Assembly: GCF_053078305.1 (NCBI RefSeq)
Contig: NZ_CP166879.1
Strand: one strand, 5' to 3'
DNA: 64,000 nucleotides
In this document: positions 10,148-19,938 of the stretch, piece after piece
Layout: the number at the start of each line of letters is the position of its first letter
How positions within the stretch are numbered: the first letter of the stretch is position 1
Notes under the pieces: model-generated
Told to the model about the DNA's origin: nothing
The model's database searches: none
Seen by the model: the letters and a program-made list of their open reading frames with translations, nothing else
Position numbers and translations under genes: made by a program

Positions 10148-12235
10148 ATGTTTGCTTCAGTTAAAGAGCTGGTTGGATTACCGGGAATGCCGGGAACGGA
10201 GCAAGGCGTCCGCTATTCAATCAGGAAGTATGCAACCAGCGAAACCAGCAGACGCCGCCAGGAAGGCAGTAAAGGTTTTGAATACAGCATCGACTGTTTA
10301 CCTGAAGTGACGCAGCAGGCATTGCGTGAGCGCTACGCCCTGCAACTGATGACGCAAAAAGTCGATGAATCACCGGCTCCGGTGGTGACAAAGGCCAGAC
10401 GCTCGCCTGCCGTGGTTGATGCGGTGGAGGCATATCGCGGATCACCACAACTGATGGTTGAACGCCTTAATGCCCTGACTGAAAACCAGCGCCAGGTGGC
10501 TGATGCACGAATCGCGATCGTCAGCGAAGTGATGAAAGTCGCGCAACACCCCGGTTTCAGCTGTGCGAAAGCTATCCGGTTTATCGTTGACAACCTGGCA
10601 CGTTCGCAACTGGACGAGCGCATTGTGGCAATGGTTGAGACGGCGAACGCCAAAAAGGGAAACAGCCGTGCGTTGAGTGAAATAACGCTGAAACGCTGGA
10701 TTGCGGCCTTTAACAAGGCGCAGAACGCCGCTGAACGCCTGCTTTTACTGGCACCGGGTAAGCGCCAGGAAATAAAAGCCGAAGATATTAACTGGCTGCC
10801 CGAATTTCTGGCGCAGTATCGCCAGTCAAACGGCCGACCAATGACCGAGGCTTACGAGGATTTTGTCGCTGAATGGCAGCACCGGCACGCTGATGAGCCT
10901 TATATGCTCGATATCATGCCGTCTTATGACACCATTCGCCGCGCAATGAAGAAACTGCCGGAAGTGGTGAAACAAAAAGGCCGGGTGACCGGCAGTGAAT
11001 ACCGCCAGCTTGAGGGATTCACGCGCCGCGACTGGTCCAGAATGCCGGTGAATTATGTCTGGATTGGTGACGGTCACGGCATGAAGCTGAAATGCGCACA
11101 CCCGGTTCACGGTCGGCCATTTGCACCGGAAGTGACCTTTGTTATCGACGGTGGCACGCGCTTTGTGGTGGGCTGGAGCCTTGACCTGGCTGAAAATGTT
11201 TTCGCCGTAGCCGGTGCCATACAGCACGGCATTCGCCATCACGGCAAACCGTTTCTGTATTACTCGGATAACGGCTCCGGGGAAACCGCCGACATCCTGG
11301 ATAAGGAGGTTGTGGGGATACTGCCGCGACTGGGGATTAATCACCCGACCGGGATTGCCGGTAATCCGCAGGGACGAGGCATTATCGAACGGCTTAACCG
11401 CACATTACCGATGCGCATAGCCCGTAAATACCGCACCTATTTCGGGAAAGGTGCAGATCGCGAGACGTTACGCAAAACCAACCGCGATTTACGCTCGGCA
11501 TTTACTGCCCTGCAACAGGGCAAACGGCTGAACGTCCGGCAGCAGTCAGCGATGCGTGATTTACCGTCCTGGTCTGAACTGATTGATGCCATTCGTGACG
11601 GTGTTGAGTGGTACAACAACCGGCCGCACGATGAATTACCGGTGAAGCCGAACGGCAAGCATTACAGCCCGGCGGAGTTCAGAAAAAAACGCCTGGCGGA
11701 AGAGGACACGGAAATTGAATGGCTGTCCGATGTTGAGCTGCGGGATATGTTCCGGCCGATGGTGGAACGCCCTGTAAGACGCTGTGAAATACGCTGGCTG
11801 AATAATATTTACTACGCGCCCGAGCTGCGTGACGAGCATGGTCGTAAGGTGCTTATCAGCTATGACATTCATGATGCCGAACGAATTACCGTACGTCGCC
11901 TGGATGGCAGCGTGATTTGCGAGGCGGTATGGGACGGTAATAAACGCGAAGCCTTCCCGGTTAGTGCGGAATACTACAAACAGCAGCAACGCCTTAAAGG
12001 CATGCGTAAACGCGCAGAGGAAAAAATCCGTGATGCCGAGGATGAGGTTGTCAACGTGCTGGAGCACAAGCCGCAGGAGCCCTGGCTGGAAAACATCTAT
12101 CGCCCGGTAGGTAATACGGTGGCCGTTCAGCAACCGGTCGCTGACGATGAACCTGATGAAGAATACGAGCGTAATTTCCAGCGGGGATTGCAGTTGCTGG
12201 AAGCGAAATTAAAAGAAAATGACCCGCTGGCCTGA
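10148..12235 (+). CDS. MuA-like DDE transposase
   Basis: 695 aa; position after ner; central integrase-like core; size and order as MuA. Confidence 0.9.
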   Translation: MFASVKELVGLPGMPGTEQGVRYSIRKYATSETSRRRQEGSKGFEYSIDCLPEVTQQALRERYALQLMTQKVDESPAPVVTKARRSPAVVDAVEAYRGSPQLMVERLNALTENQRQVADARIAIVSEVMKVAQHPGFSCAKAIRFIVDNLARSQLDERIVAMVETANAKKGNSRALSEITLKRWIAAFNKAQNAAERLLLLAPGKRQEIKAEDINWLPEFLAQYRQSNGRPMTEAYEDFVAEWQHRHADEPYMLDIMPSYDTIRRAMKKLPEVVKQKGRVTGSEYRQLEGFTRRDWSRMPVNYVWIGDGHGMKLKCAHPVHGRPFAPEVTFVIDGGTRFVVGWSLDLAENVFAVAGAIQHGIRHHGKPFLYYSDNGSGETADILDKEVVGILPRLGINHPTGIAGNPQGRGIIERLNRTLPMRIARKYRTYFGKGADRETLRKTNRDLRSAFTALQQGKRLNVRQQSAMRDLPSWSELIDAIRDGVEWYNNRPHDELPVKPNGKHYSPAEFRKKRLAEEDTEIEWLSDVELRDMFRPMVERPVRRCEIRWLNNIYYAPELRDEHGRKVLISYDIHDAERITVRRLDGSVICEAVWDGNKREAFPVSAEYYKQQQRLKGMRKRAEEKIRDAEDEVVNVLEHKPQEPWLENIYRPVGNTVAVQQPVADDEPDEEYERNFQRGLQLLEAKLKENDPLA

Positions 12236-12306
12236 AATAAAAAAATAACCCGAGCGGCGACTCAGGTTATTTGATTAAACAAGGTATCAAATGAGAGGTT
12301 AATAAT

Positions 12307-13239
12307 ATGACTGATATTAACGATGTAATCAAGACCATTGATGAACTTATTGATGGCGGCGTACTGACGCAGTATGCCATCGCCAGAGAGGCGGGAATTT
12401 CCGACGGCACATTATCGGCTTTCCGTAAGGGAAAATATAAAGGCGATAACGCTGCTGTGGCTGCTTCCCTGCGTTCCTGGTATGAGAACTGGAATAAACA
12501 AAGCGCACTGCCGGAACCGCCGCAGTTTGTGGAAACGCAGACAGTCCAGGAGCTGCGCGCACTGTTTCAGGCGGTTCGTCTGATGGGCTGTATTAACGTT
12601 ATTGTGGGCGTACCGGGTGTGGGTAAAACGGCCACTGCCCGTAATTACTGCCAGGAGCAACCAAACACCTGGATGATCACCCTGTCACCCGCGCACTCCA
12701 GCGTCACGGAGTGTCTGCTGGAGCTGGCCGATGCGCTGGGGATTGATTACACCCGCGCGAACAAAGGGGCATTATCCCGCGCCATCCGCCGTCGCCTGAT
12801 GGGAACGCGTGGACTGGTGATTGTGGATGAGGCGGATCATCTTGGTATTGACGGTCTGGAGCAACTCCGGGCAATTCAGGACGCCACGGGGATCGGGATG
12901 GTGCTTATTGGTAACCCGCGCGGATTGTTTAAAGGTGGACGCCGCGCCTTTGATGATTTATCGCGCCTGTTCAGCCGTCTTGCCCGTACAAAACAACTTC
13001 GCAAGGCCAAAAAGGCGGATGTGCTGGCCATTGCCAGGGCATGGGGTATCAGTGGTGAGGCCGAGCTGGCCGTCATGCAGGCTATCGCTGAAAAGCCCGG
13101 TGCGTTACGTGTTCTGACACATACGCTTAACCAGGCGTGGCTCACAGCCAGCGGTGAAGGCGCGGCGCTGACAGAAAAACATATTAATGCGGCCTTTAAA
13201 GAGGTTTATACCAACCCTGAATTACTCTCACAGGTGTGA
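12307..13239 (+). CDS. MuB-like AAA+ ATPase, transposition target activator
   Basis: 310 aa; Walker A GVPGVGKT; Walker B VIVDEADHL; clear similarity to Mu B as recalled. Confidence 0.9.
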   Translation: MTDINDVIKTIDELIDGGVLTQYAIAREAGISDGTLSAFRKGKYKGDNAAVAASLRSWYENWNKQSALPEPPQFVETQTVQELRALFQAVRLMGCINVIVGVPGVGKTATARNYCQEQPNTWMITLSPAHSSVTECLLELADALGIDYTRANKGALSRAIRRRLMGTRGLVIVDEADHLGIDGLEQLRAIQDATGIGMVLIGNPRGLFKGGRRAFDDLSRLFSRLARTKQLRKAKKADVLAIARAWGISGEAELAVMQAIAEKPGALRVLTHTLNQAWLTASGEGAALTEKHINAAFKEVYTNPELLSQV

Positions 13240-13463
13240 TTATGGCGGTATTTAATATTCCTGATATTTACGGACGCTTTTACCTGGTTAATTTCGATAA
13301 CGTGAAGGTGATTTCACTGGCCGAAAATAAAGAATGTGGCGATTTACTTTTTGAATTTAATGACCGCACACGAATGGTGATATCTGCCGGACTTGATCGC
13401 GAAGGTGCGACAGACGTTTACAGCGGAATATGCCGTTCTGTTGGTGCGAAACAAGTCAGCTAA
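13236..13463 (+). CDS. small early protein (Kil position)
   Basis: 75-aa ORF overlapping B stop by 4 bp; same position and size as Mu kil; no motif confirmed. Confidence 0.4.
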   Translation: MIMAVFNIPDIYGRFYLVNFDNVKVISLAENKECGDLLFEFNDRTRMVISAGLDREGATDVYSGICRSVGAKQVS

Positions 13464-13730
13464 ATGAGGTGTTATATGAATATGCAATCCTGCGGTAACA
13501 AAATGAATTTATTCGACTCCCTGAACAGCGCGCGCCGTCTGACCGAACTTGCCGGTGCGGTACTGGAACGCAGTAAGCGCTATCCGCAACGTTTTGCACT
13601 GAAAACCACGCCGCCGGTAGGCAACGTGCAGGGAACCGGTGAAATTGAAATCACCATACAGACCAACGGCCTGCGCCGCCGTGTGAAGGCCACCCGCATC
13701 AGCGGCTGCACGGTTTACTGGGAGGTGTGA
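13464..13730 (+). CDS. early-region hypothetical protein
   Basis: 88-aa ORF tightly packed in early operon. Confidence 0.4.
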   Translation: MRCYMNMQSCGNKMNLFDSLNSARRLTELAGAVLERSKRYPQRFALKTTPPVGNVQGTGEIEITIQTNGLRRRVKATRISGCTVYWEV

Positions 13731-13731
13731 G

Positions 13732-14013
13732 GTGAAAAAAAATCTCATTGCATGGGCGTGGTCGAGTGGTCTTATTGAGTTTGGTTACGTCCTGCCGGAA
13801 GGTGCATTGCCGATAGTTGCCGGAAAGCCTGTCACGGTACGGCATGTGATTGAGGTTATGGCGCGTCATGGACGTGATGAACAGGAGCAGTTACTGGTTC
13901 CGGGGATACCGGAAGCGGTGACGGAGGAAGAAGCCTTTAATGCCATGATTCGGTTCTGCCGTGAGGTCAGACGCCGGGTCAGTTATCCAAACAGAACGAG
14001 GACCAGAGGATGA
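13732..14013 (+). CDS. early-region hypothetical protein
   Basis: 93-aa ORF, 2 bp after previous stop. Confidence 0.4.
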   Translation: MKKNLIAWAWSSGLIEFGYVLPEGALPIVAGKPVTVRHVIEVMARHGRDEQEQLLVPGIPEAVTEEEAFNAMIRFCREVRRRVSYPNRTRTRG

Positions 14014-14282
14014 GTAAAGTCGTACGCATTATTTTCGAATACAAGGAGCACGTTATCCATAAAAACGCTGATGGAACAGTGCGCATGGGGGTAAGTCTGG
14101 ACATACGTTCAACCGGGATAAAGCAGAAAGGTGATGGACCCGCCATGATTTTTGGAGTGGTTATGCTCGCGGAAAGCAGAGACTTTGCTGAACTTGTGGC
14201 AATGAAAGCCAGTGCGCTCATGAAAGATATGAGCATGCGTTCCGGGGTTATTAAAGGTAATGAATTTAATCAGCAGGGGTAA
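14010..14282 (+). CDS. early-region small protein, paralog 1 of tandem pair
   Basis: 90 aa; N-terminus MSKVVRIIFEYKEHVIHKNADG resembles next gene. Confidence 0.45.
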   Translation: MSKVVRIIFEYKEHVIHKNADGTVRMGVSLDIRSTGIKQKGDGPAMIFGVVMLAESRDFAELVAMKASALMKDMSMRSGVIKGNEFNQQG

Positions 14283-14286
14283 TTCC

Positions 14287-14580
14287 ATGAGCAAAGTACG
14301 CGTTATTTTTGAATTTAAGCATGTTTCGCATGACGAAAAACCGGCAGGTAATGACTGTGTTGAAGTGCATGAAAAGATTGGTGTGGATGTAAAAACAGAA
14401 CGTGATACGAATAACAGGCCGACGTCACTCTGTGACGTTTATGCAAGTATTCTCCAGTATCACAGTCCTGAAATTATTCAGTTTCTCTCAGCGGAATTTC
14501 AGGCATCTGTACAGGCTTTTGGGGCGGATGCCATCATTAAACGCCACCGCGTGCATAAAGCATCAGGCACACTGCAATAA
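14287..14580 (+). CDS. early-region small protein, paralog 2 of tandem pair
   Basis: 98 aa from internal Met; MSKVRVIFEFKHVSHDEKPAGN parallels previous ORF. Confidence 0.45.
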   Translation: MSKVRVIFEFKHVSHDEKPAGNDCVEVHEKIGVDVKTERDTNNRPTSLCDVYASILQYHSPEIIQFLSAEFQASVQAFGADAIIKRHRVHKASGTLQ

Positions 14581-14591
14581 GGAAAAACAAA

Positions 14592-15122
14592 ATGGCTAAA
14601 CGTGTTACAAAATTAAAGGCCGCAGCCGAGGCTGCACCGCAGACCCGCGAAGAAGTCAGCCGCGATATCCGTACCCTGGGCGATATTCAGCGAGAGGCGC
14701 TACGGCTGGAAACGGCGATGAATGATGAAGTGGCAGAAATCACCGCCCGTTATACGCCGCAGATTGAAAACCTTAAAAAAGAAATCAAAGTGCTTTTTAA
14801 GGGGATTCAGGACTGGTGCAAAACCAACCGCGATGAGCTGACGAACGGCGGCAAAACCAAAACAGTCAATCTGACCACCGGCACGGTGTCATGGCGGCTG
14901 GGAACGCCATCATGCAGCGTCAGCCGTGATGTGGAAGGTGTGATTGAAATGCTGCGCCGTATGGGGCTTGAGCGATTCATCCGCACGAAAGAGGAAGTGA
15001 ACAAGGAAGCGGTCCTGGCGGAGCCGGATGCGGTGAAAGGGATTGCCGGTATTAAGGTAAATAAAGGCGCTGAAAGTTTTTATGTCGAGCCTTTTGAACA
15101 GGACGCCGGACTGAATAAATAA
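14592..15122 (+). CDS. gam: Gam-like host-nuclease inhibitor (Ku-like DNA-end binding protein)
   Basis: 176 aa; strong similarity to Mu Gam as recalled (RLETAMNDEVAEITARY, NRDELTNGGKTKT, GLERFIRTKEEVNKEA). Confidence 0.85.
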   Translation: MAKRVTKLKAAAEAAPQTREEVSRDIRTLGDIQREALRLETAMNDEVAEITARYTPQIENLKKEIKVLFKGIQDWCKTNRDELTNGGKTKTVNLTTGTVSWRLGTPSCSVSRDVEGVIEMLRRMGLERFIRTKEEVNKEAVLAEPDAVKGIAGIKVNKGAESFYVEPFEQDAGLNK

Positions 15123-15219
15123 CACCACATTAAATCTTTAAATATCACATCGTTTTAATTATGGCGCTCGCGTCAGGGGACTGCCTGCGCCTGTAAACTG
15201 AAAATAAGGAACAGGAAAT

Positions 15220-15762
15220 ATGGCATATTTTTATTTCAAATTAGACCGTGTGCAGACAAATAAATATTTCACCAAATATCAACAGACTGTTTTACCGCTA
15301 CGCAACAGTATTCTTCGGGCATTACTGAAAAATACAGGCGCTGCCGGATTGCGCTTAAAGCCGTTCGCCATGGACAGAATCAGTGAGTTTTATTTTTCCG
15401 GTGCTCTGCCTGCGGGCTGGCGTAAGCGCGATGATGTGGCTTTTATCGGGGACGGACCGTGCTTTATTGCCAGACCTGATGAGTTATGCCCTGAAGGACC
15501 GGCGATTGCCGCAATGGTTGAAGCCGCTGAACGCGATTTAAGAAAGCGTCCTGATTTCCTTGTCTGGCTCTGTGAAAAGCTGGGGGTAATGAGAATCCCC
15601 TCCATGTTTAACATGGACTCCTGGTGGACCCCGTCACTCTCCCGTGATGCCCTGTGCGTGGTGTTTAAAGTAGGCGCTTATGGCAGGGAAATAAACGGGT
15701 GTATTCCTGAAGAATGCCAGGAAATTAAACATTCTGAATATGTGGCGCTGACGGAGGAATAA
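15220..15762 (+). CDS. early-region hypothetical protein
   Basis: 180-aa ORF. Confidence 0.4.
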   Translation: MAYFYFKLDRVQTNKYFTKYQQTVLPLRNSILRALLKNTGAAGLRLKPFAMDRISEFYFSGALPAGWRKRDDVAFIGDGPCFIARPDELCPEGPAIAAMVEAAERDLRKRPDFLVWLCEKLGVMRIPSMFNMDSWWTPSLSRDALCVVFKVGAYGREINGCIPEECQEIKHSEYVALTEE

Positions 15763-15765
15763 TTC

Positions 15766-16299
15766 ATGATTGATGCAAAAGTGCTTGAAGGGGTTAAAAA
15801 CTGGCTGAGTATTTACGGGCGTCTGACCTGCGGAGTTCTGGCTGAAAAAATGAATATGCCGCCATCCTCGATGGTTTATTTTCTGCGTGATGCGGTTGAT
15901 GCCGGGGTGCTGACGGAATGTAACGGTTTTTATGATATTCCGCGTCCCCGCCCGGTGCAGCCGGTTCGTCGCAAATGCAGCCAGGAGTCTGCGGCTGATG
16001 ATGTTCAGTGGTGCAGCTTCAGAAAATCCCTGCCGTGGATTGAGGGGCATGATATTCCGTCGATGGCGTGGGAATTTGCTCAGGGCATACTGACCTGTGA
16101 AACCGTTTATGTGGTGGCTGAAGTTGATGAGCAGGCCATGAAAGAAGGTGTACCCCAGTTTGTGATGGCGTATATCGACATACGCCTGGGTGTCATTATC
16201 TGCGGTTTAAGCGGCTGGAATATCACCGGACATGTTCTGCGTTACCTGATTGTTGACCGGACAGCGGCACCGGCCGCGATTTCTGCGGAGGTGGCGTAA
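15766..16299 (+). CDS. early-region hypothetical protein
   Basis: 177-aa ORF. Confidence 0.4.
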   Translation: MIDAKVLEGVKNWLSIYGRLTCGVLAEKMNMPPSSMVYFLRDAVDAGVLTECNGFYDIPRPRPVQPVRRKCSQESAADDVQWCSFRKSLPWIEGHDIPSMAWEFAQGILTCETVYVVAEVDEQAMKEGVPQFVMAYIDIRLGVIICGLSGWNITGHVLRYLIVDRTAAPAAISAEVA

Positions 16300-16814
16300 T
16301 GTTCTTTAAAACATCGAACCCTGCCGCGCTGGCCGCGTGGCAAAAATATCAGCAGGACTGCCAGACGGTAAAAGATGAGGCGAAACGCCTTGAGGCCGTG
16401 CTGAATGTTGCGTGCCGGTCGGTATTTGAATTCAGTATCAGTGGTTTTTGTTTTAAGGGACTGCGTTTTACGGAGGACAAATATCCTTTTCATCGTGATT
16501 TATGGCGAAAACCAACTGCGTCGAATGGCTGGAGCTGCACACCGCGCACATCACGTATTCCCAAAGCCCTGCGCGTTGCCTCTGACGAACTTAACAGTCT
16601 GTGGCGTGAATATTCGCCCGTCACGTATGCCAGAACCGATGCACTGTTGTTCTGGCTGGGCATTGATTTCTCGGCAATCCTGTTTGGCCCTGTGGAGTGG
16701 TTCTGCGTTGACGATGTGATTTACCTTCAGTGCGGCGTAAAACCCGCAAAACAGAAAATGACCGAAATTCTGTCTGATGAGTTTTATGCTGCTGAAAAGC
16801 GAGTCAGGGGGTGA
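16299..16814 (+). CDS. early-region hypothetical protein
   Basis: 171-aa ORF. Confidence 0.4.
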   Translation: MFFKTSNPAALAAWQKYQQDCQTVKDEAKRLEAVLNVACRSVFEFSISGFCFKGLRFTEDKYPFHRDLWRKPTASNGWSCTPRTSRIPKALRVASDELNSLWREYSPVTYARTDALLFWLGIDFSAILFGPVEWFCVDDVIYLQCGVKPAKQKMTEILSDEFYAAEKRVRG

Positions 16815-16817
16815 TGC

Positions 16818-17369
16818 ATGATGATATTACAACCCATGGGGAGAAAAGGCAGTGCACCCGCTCATGTTCGCGCATGGACACCTGAAGAAGATGCGCTGCT
16901 GATTGCGCTTTATCCATCCACCCCGGTTAAGGATATTGCTGTCAGGGTAAAAAGAAGTTTCTGGGGTGTACATCACCGGATTGTTTTATTACGCGGCACT
17001 TACCCGGAGTTGCTCAAATGCAAACGTCCAAGATTTAAACATGATGAAGATAAATTTATCCGAAAAAATGCCAGAACGATGACCGGTAAGCAAATAGGAG
17101 AATATCTGGGGCGAGACCGGGATTCTGTCCACAATCGGGCGCGATATATTGGCGTAAGCATGAAAAAATACGGAGAATTGCTGCCCTTCACCCGTATATC
17201 TGATGATGATGTTCGTCTTATTCGTGAATTACGGGATGCTGAATCACCACGACGTCTTACCTTCCGGGAAATAGGCGAGAAATTTGAATTATCCGAGAGT
17301 ACGGTAAATTTTATTTATCACCATCGCCGGACTGCCGAAGATGTTGTATTACGGGAGTTAATGCCATGA
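16818..17369 (+). CDS. putative DNA-binding protein with three Myb/SANT-like helix-turn-helix repeats
   Basis: 183 aa; three ~45-aa repeats each with an acidic triplet and a basic helix (WTPEEDALLIALY..., FKHDEDKFIRKNARTMTGKQIGEYLGR..., ISDDDVRLIRELRDAESPRRLTFREIGEKF...). Confidence 0.45.
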   Translation: MMILQPMGRKGSAPAHVRAWTPEEDALLIALYPSTPVKDIAVRVKRSFWGVHHRIVLLRGTYPELLKCKRPRFKHDEDKFIRKNARTMTGKQIGEYLGRDRDSVHNRARYIGVSMKKYGELLPFTRISDDDVRLIRELRDAESPRRLTFREIGEKFELSESTVNFIYHHRRTAEDVVLRELMP

Positions 17370-17677
17370 TAACGACATTATTTGTTGAATCAGACGAGCC
17401 TCTGGTATGTGCCGCCGGAATGTCGGTTTGTGGCGGAACGCTGACCGGTGTTTATTTCGGGGATTTGCGCGGTTATCCCTGGCATTCACTGGATGACGCA
17501 TTTCCGCCTGATATGGAGGCAGTCGTGCTGATTGTTCAGTATGGTGACCAACAGGAACTGCGCATCGGCCATATGGGGTATGAAGGCTTTTTTATTGATG
17601 AAGAAACCGGAGCCTGCCTTGAAGATGAGGACGGACAGGTGACGCACTGGTGCCATATTTCAGCTTTACCGGAATGA
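17366..17677 (+). CDS. early-region hypothetical protein
   Basis: 103-aa ORF overlapping previous stop by 4 bp. Confidence 0.4.
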   Translation: MITTLFVESDEPLVCAAGMSVCGGTLTGVYFGDLRGYPWHSLDDAFPPDMEAVVLIVQYGDQQELRIGHMGYEGFFIDEETGACLEDEDGQVTHWCHISALPE

Positions 17678-18042
17678 CGGGAGGTGAATGCGTGAGAAGT
17701 TATATTGATAATGAAAAACTGAAGACAATCAGCGACTGTCTTAGCTTGCTGGCAAAAATAAAAGAAACCATTGAAGAGATTAAATTTCAGCTTGAATACG
17801 CACCCTGTGGTGATGATACATGGCGTAACTCTGCCAGAAAAGCACTGGCTGTCTTTCAGAAACAACGCCGGACTGTTGAATACCGCCTTGCTGTATTACG
17901 CCAGGAGGAAAAGGAAAGAAATATAAGATGTCACGAGCGCGTTAATAACTTCCTTGTTCGTGAATTAAAAGAACGTGTGCCGGAGTCGGTATTTTTTGAG
18001 TGTGAGGCTGTTGCCCGTAGCAAAGCACTGGAAACTGATTAA
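17650..18042 (+). CDS. early-region hypothetical protein (start uncertain)
   Basis: 130-aa ORF; likely starts at an internal Met near 17674. Confidence 0.35.
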   Translation: MPYFSFTGMTGGECVRSYIDNEKLKTISDCLSLLAKIKETIEEIKFQLEYAPCGDDTWRNSARKALAVFQKQRRTVEYRLAVLRQEEKERNIRCHERVNNFLVRELKERVPESVFFECEAVARSKALETD

Positions 18043-18054
18043 ACAGGCAGGTGA

Positions 18055-18390
18055 ATGATGAGTATTGAATTAAGATCGTCTTATGAATATCGTAAAATTC
18101 TCATCGCCGGAGGCATGAAACCGGAAGATGCAGAAAAAATTGTTTCTTTTATGGATAAAGAATGTGACAAACGGGATATGCCAGAAATTATTATGGATGA
18201 CATGATTCTGCATTCAGCCGTAGCGTTAAGCCCGTTATGGATTGTGCATTCTCTTGCTGAAATTGCCAAAGGCACCGATAAACAGGCAGCTGTTGCTGCC
18301 CTTCAGACGCTTAATGAAATGCGTATATCTCCACGCCCGACATTAATACATATGATTCTCTCCAGTATGGAGGATAAAGCAAATGAATAG
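18055..18390 (+). CDS. early-region hypothetical protein
   Basis: 111-aa ORF. Confidence 0.4.
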   Translation: MMSIELRSSYEYRKILIAGGMKPEDAEKIVSFMDKECDKRDMPEIIMDDMILHSAVALSPLWIVHSLAEIAKGTDKQAAVAALQTLNEMRISPRPTLIHMILSSMEDKANE

Positions 18391-18580
18391 TCTACCCGCT
18401 GGATGGGCGCGGCCACTAATGGCCAGGAAGCATCATTTTTTTAAAACAGGCGAAAATATCAGTATATGTGGACGGTGGTTATATCTGGCTCATAATCGCG
18501 AGCCGGATACATTTGAAAGCCCTGATGACTGTGCCGAATGCCGCAGAAGAGTGAATAAGGAGAAAGATAATGGACAATAG
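18383..18580 (+). CDS. small Cys-containing protein
   Basis: 65-aa ORF overlapping neighbours; CxxC near C-terminus (DDCAECRRR). Confidence 0.3.
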   Translation: MNSLPAGWARPLMARKHHFFKTGENISICGRWLYLAHNREPDTFESPDDCAECRRRVNKEKDNGQ

Positions 18581-18866
18581 TTCTCTGTTGTTCTGGTGCT
18601 TATATATCACATCCTTTTTCGGCGCATTTGTTATTACCCGGTGGTTATGTCGAAAAATCATCTGCTTTTTTGATAAAAGACATCCGGTTGAACGGGCGGC
18701 TGATGCGCTCATTCAGCAGGCCATTGTGTTATATAGCGGTGAATTTTTCTGCCGGATAACAACCAGAGATGGCTGGCACATAATGATTATTCCGCCAACA
18801 CACCATGCCCGGTGGGATGAGGCAGAAAAGGCTTTCCATGTCCGTAAAAAGGTAAATACGGTATGA
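18570..18866 (+). CDS. small protein with N-terminal transmembrane segment
   Basis: 98 aa; hydrophobic N-terminus LLFWCLYITSFFGAFVITRWL. Confidence 0.35.
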   Translation: MDNSSLLFWCLYITSFFGAFVITRWLCRKIICFFDKRHPVERAADALIQQAIVLYSGEFFCRITTRDGWHIMIIPPTHHARWDEAEKAFHVRKKVNTV

Positions 18867-19372
18867 GAGGAAAACTGATATCCGCCATTCATGTGGCAAA
18901 GCGCGAGCTTGCCCTGGATGATGAGACCTACACATTCGTACTACTGGCAGCCACCGGCAAAACCAGTTGCCGGGATATGTCACCCGGTGAGTTATCCCGC
19001 GTGCTGGATGTTTTCAAAAAACGCGGTTTTAAAGTGCGTCAGAAACCGGTTAACCGGGCCTTAAAACCGGGTACGGTGACCGCCAGAATTCGCGCCATCT
19101 GGAAAGTGATGCACCGGCAGGGCTTTATCTCTGATGGTGCGGAAACCGCTCTTAACCGCTGGGTGAAATCGCAGACGGCCGCGCAGAACGGCGGCGAAGG
19201 TGTGGCAAACTGGCAGTGGCTGGAGCAACACCCCGCCCTGGCCTCAGATGTGCTGGAGCGTCTCAAGCGATGGCACCGCCGCAAAATGCTGGCCGCGATG
19301 GGAATGCCCGAACGCACGCTGATGGGGTATGACGCCGTTTGCAGGCAGTATGAAAAATCACTTCCCCGTTAA
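18863..19372 (+). CDS. gemA: GemA-like regulatory protein (Mu gp16 family)
   Basis: 169 aa; last gene before terminator at the end of the early operon; N-terminal region resembles Mu GemA as recalled. Confidence 0.6.
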   Translation: MRGKLISAIHVAKRELALDDETYTFVLLAATGKTSCRDMSPGELSRVLDVFKKRGFKVRQKPVNRALKPGTVTARIRAIWKVMHRQGFISDGAETALNRWVKSQTAAQNGGEGVANWQWLEQHPALASDVLERLKRWHRRKMLAAMGMPERTLMGYDAVCRQYEKSLPR

Positions 19373-19378
19373 CCCCAA

Positions 19379-19407
19379 ATCCCGCCACAACGCGGGATTT
19401 TTATTTT
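19379..19407 (+). terminator. rho-independent terminator at end of early operon
   Basis: hairpin ATCCCGC-CACAAC-GCGGGAT followed by TTTTTATTTT immediately after gemA stop. Confidence 0.7.
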
Positions 19408-19441
19408 AAACTTACCGGGAACGCGAGAACCGGAGGCTGAT

Positions 19442-19867
19442 ATGGCAGAAACTCAGATGAGCATGTTTGGTGGTGACAGTGAGCAACTGCACGCCCTTAT
19501 CGACCGCCTTGATGACATCCCTGATGATGTTCTCAAAAAGAACTGGCCGCGGACCCTGTCAGAACTGGTTGAAGTCACCGGCGCAGAACTTCAGCGTCAG
19601 GGGATTGAGCCGGTACTGGCCGGTAAACTGGCACGCAAGGTGGCTGCGGCTCAGGCAGCCTATATGGGCGGACGGGGTTATTACCTGCCGGTCGGGGAAT
19701 CTCTCTTTGCCGAGCTGCGAAACAATGAGATATTTTCGCGCTGGGACCGGGGCGAGAAGATTGAATCCCTTCGCCGCCATTACCGGATGTCAGAAACCCA
19801 GATTTATACCGTCATACGTGAACAGCGCCGTCTGCATCTGGCAAGAACGCAACCGCCACTTTTCTGA
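19442..19867 (+). CDS. Mor/C-family transcriptional activator (late-gene activator)
   Basis: 141 aa; follows terminator and precedes lysis genes as Mu C; C-terminal HTH (RMSETQIYTVIREQRR). Confidence 0.7.
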   Translation: MAETQMSMFGGDSEQLHALIDRLDDIPDDVLKKNWPRTLSELVEVTGAELQRQGIEPVLAGKLARKVAAAQAAYMGGRGYYLPVGESLFAELRNNEIFSRWDRGEKIESLRRHYRMSETQIYTVIREQRRLHLARTQPPLF

Positions 19868-19938
19868 TATTCCGCAAAGCCTGCCGCCTCTCCTTCACCG
19901 TTACGCTGACTCAGAGAACATCATGAGACAGCGTAACA

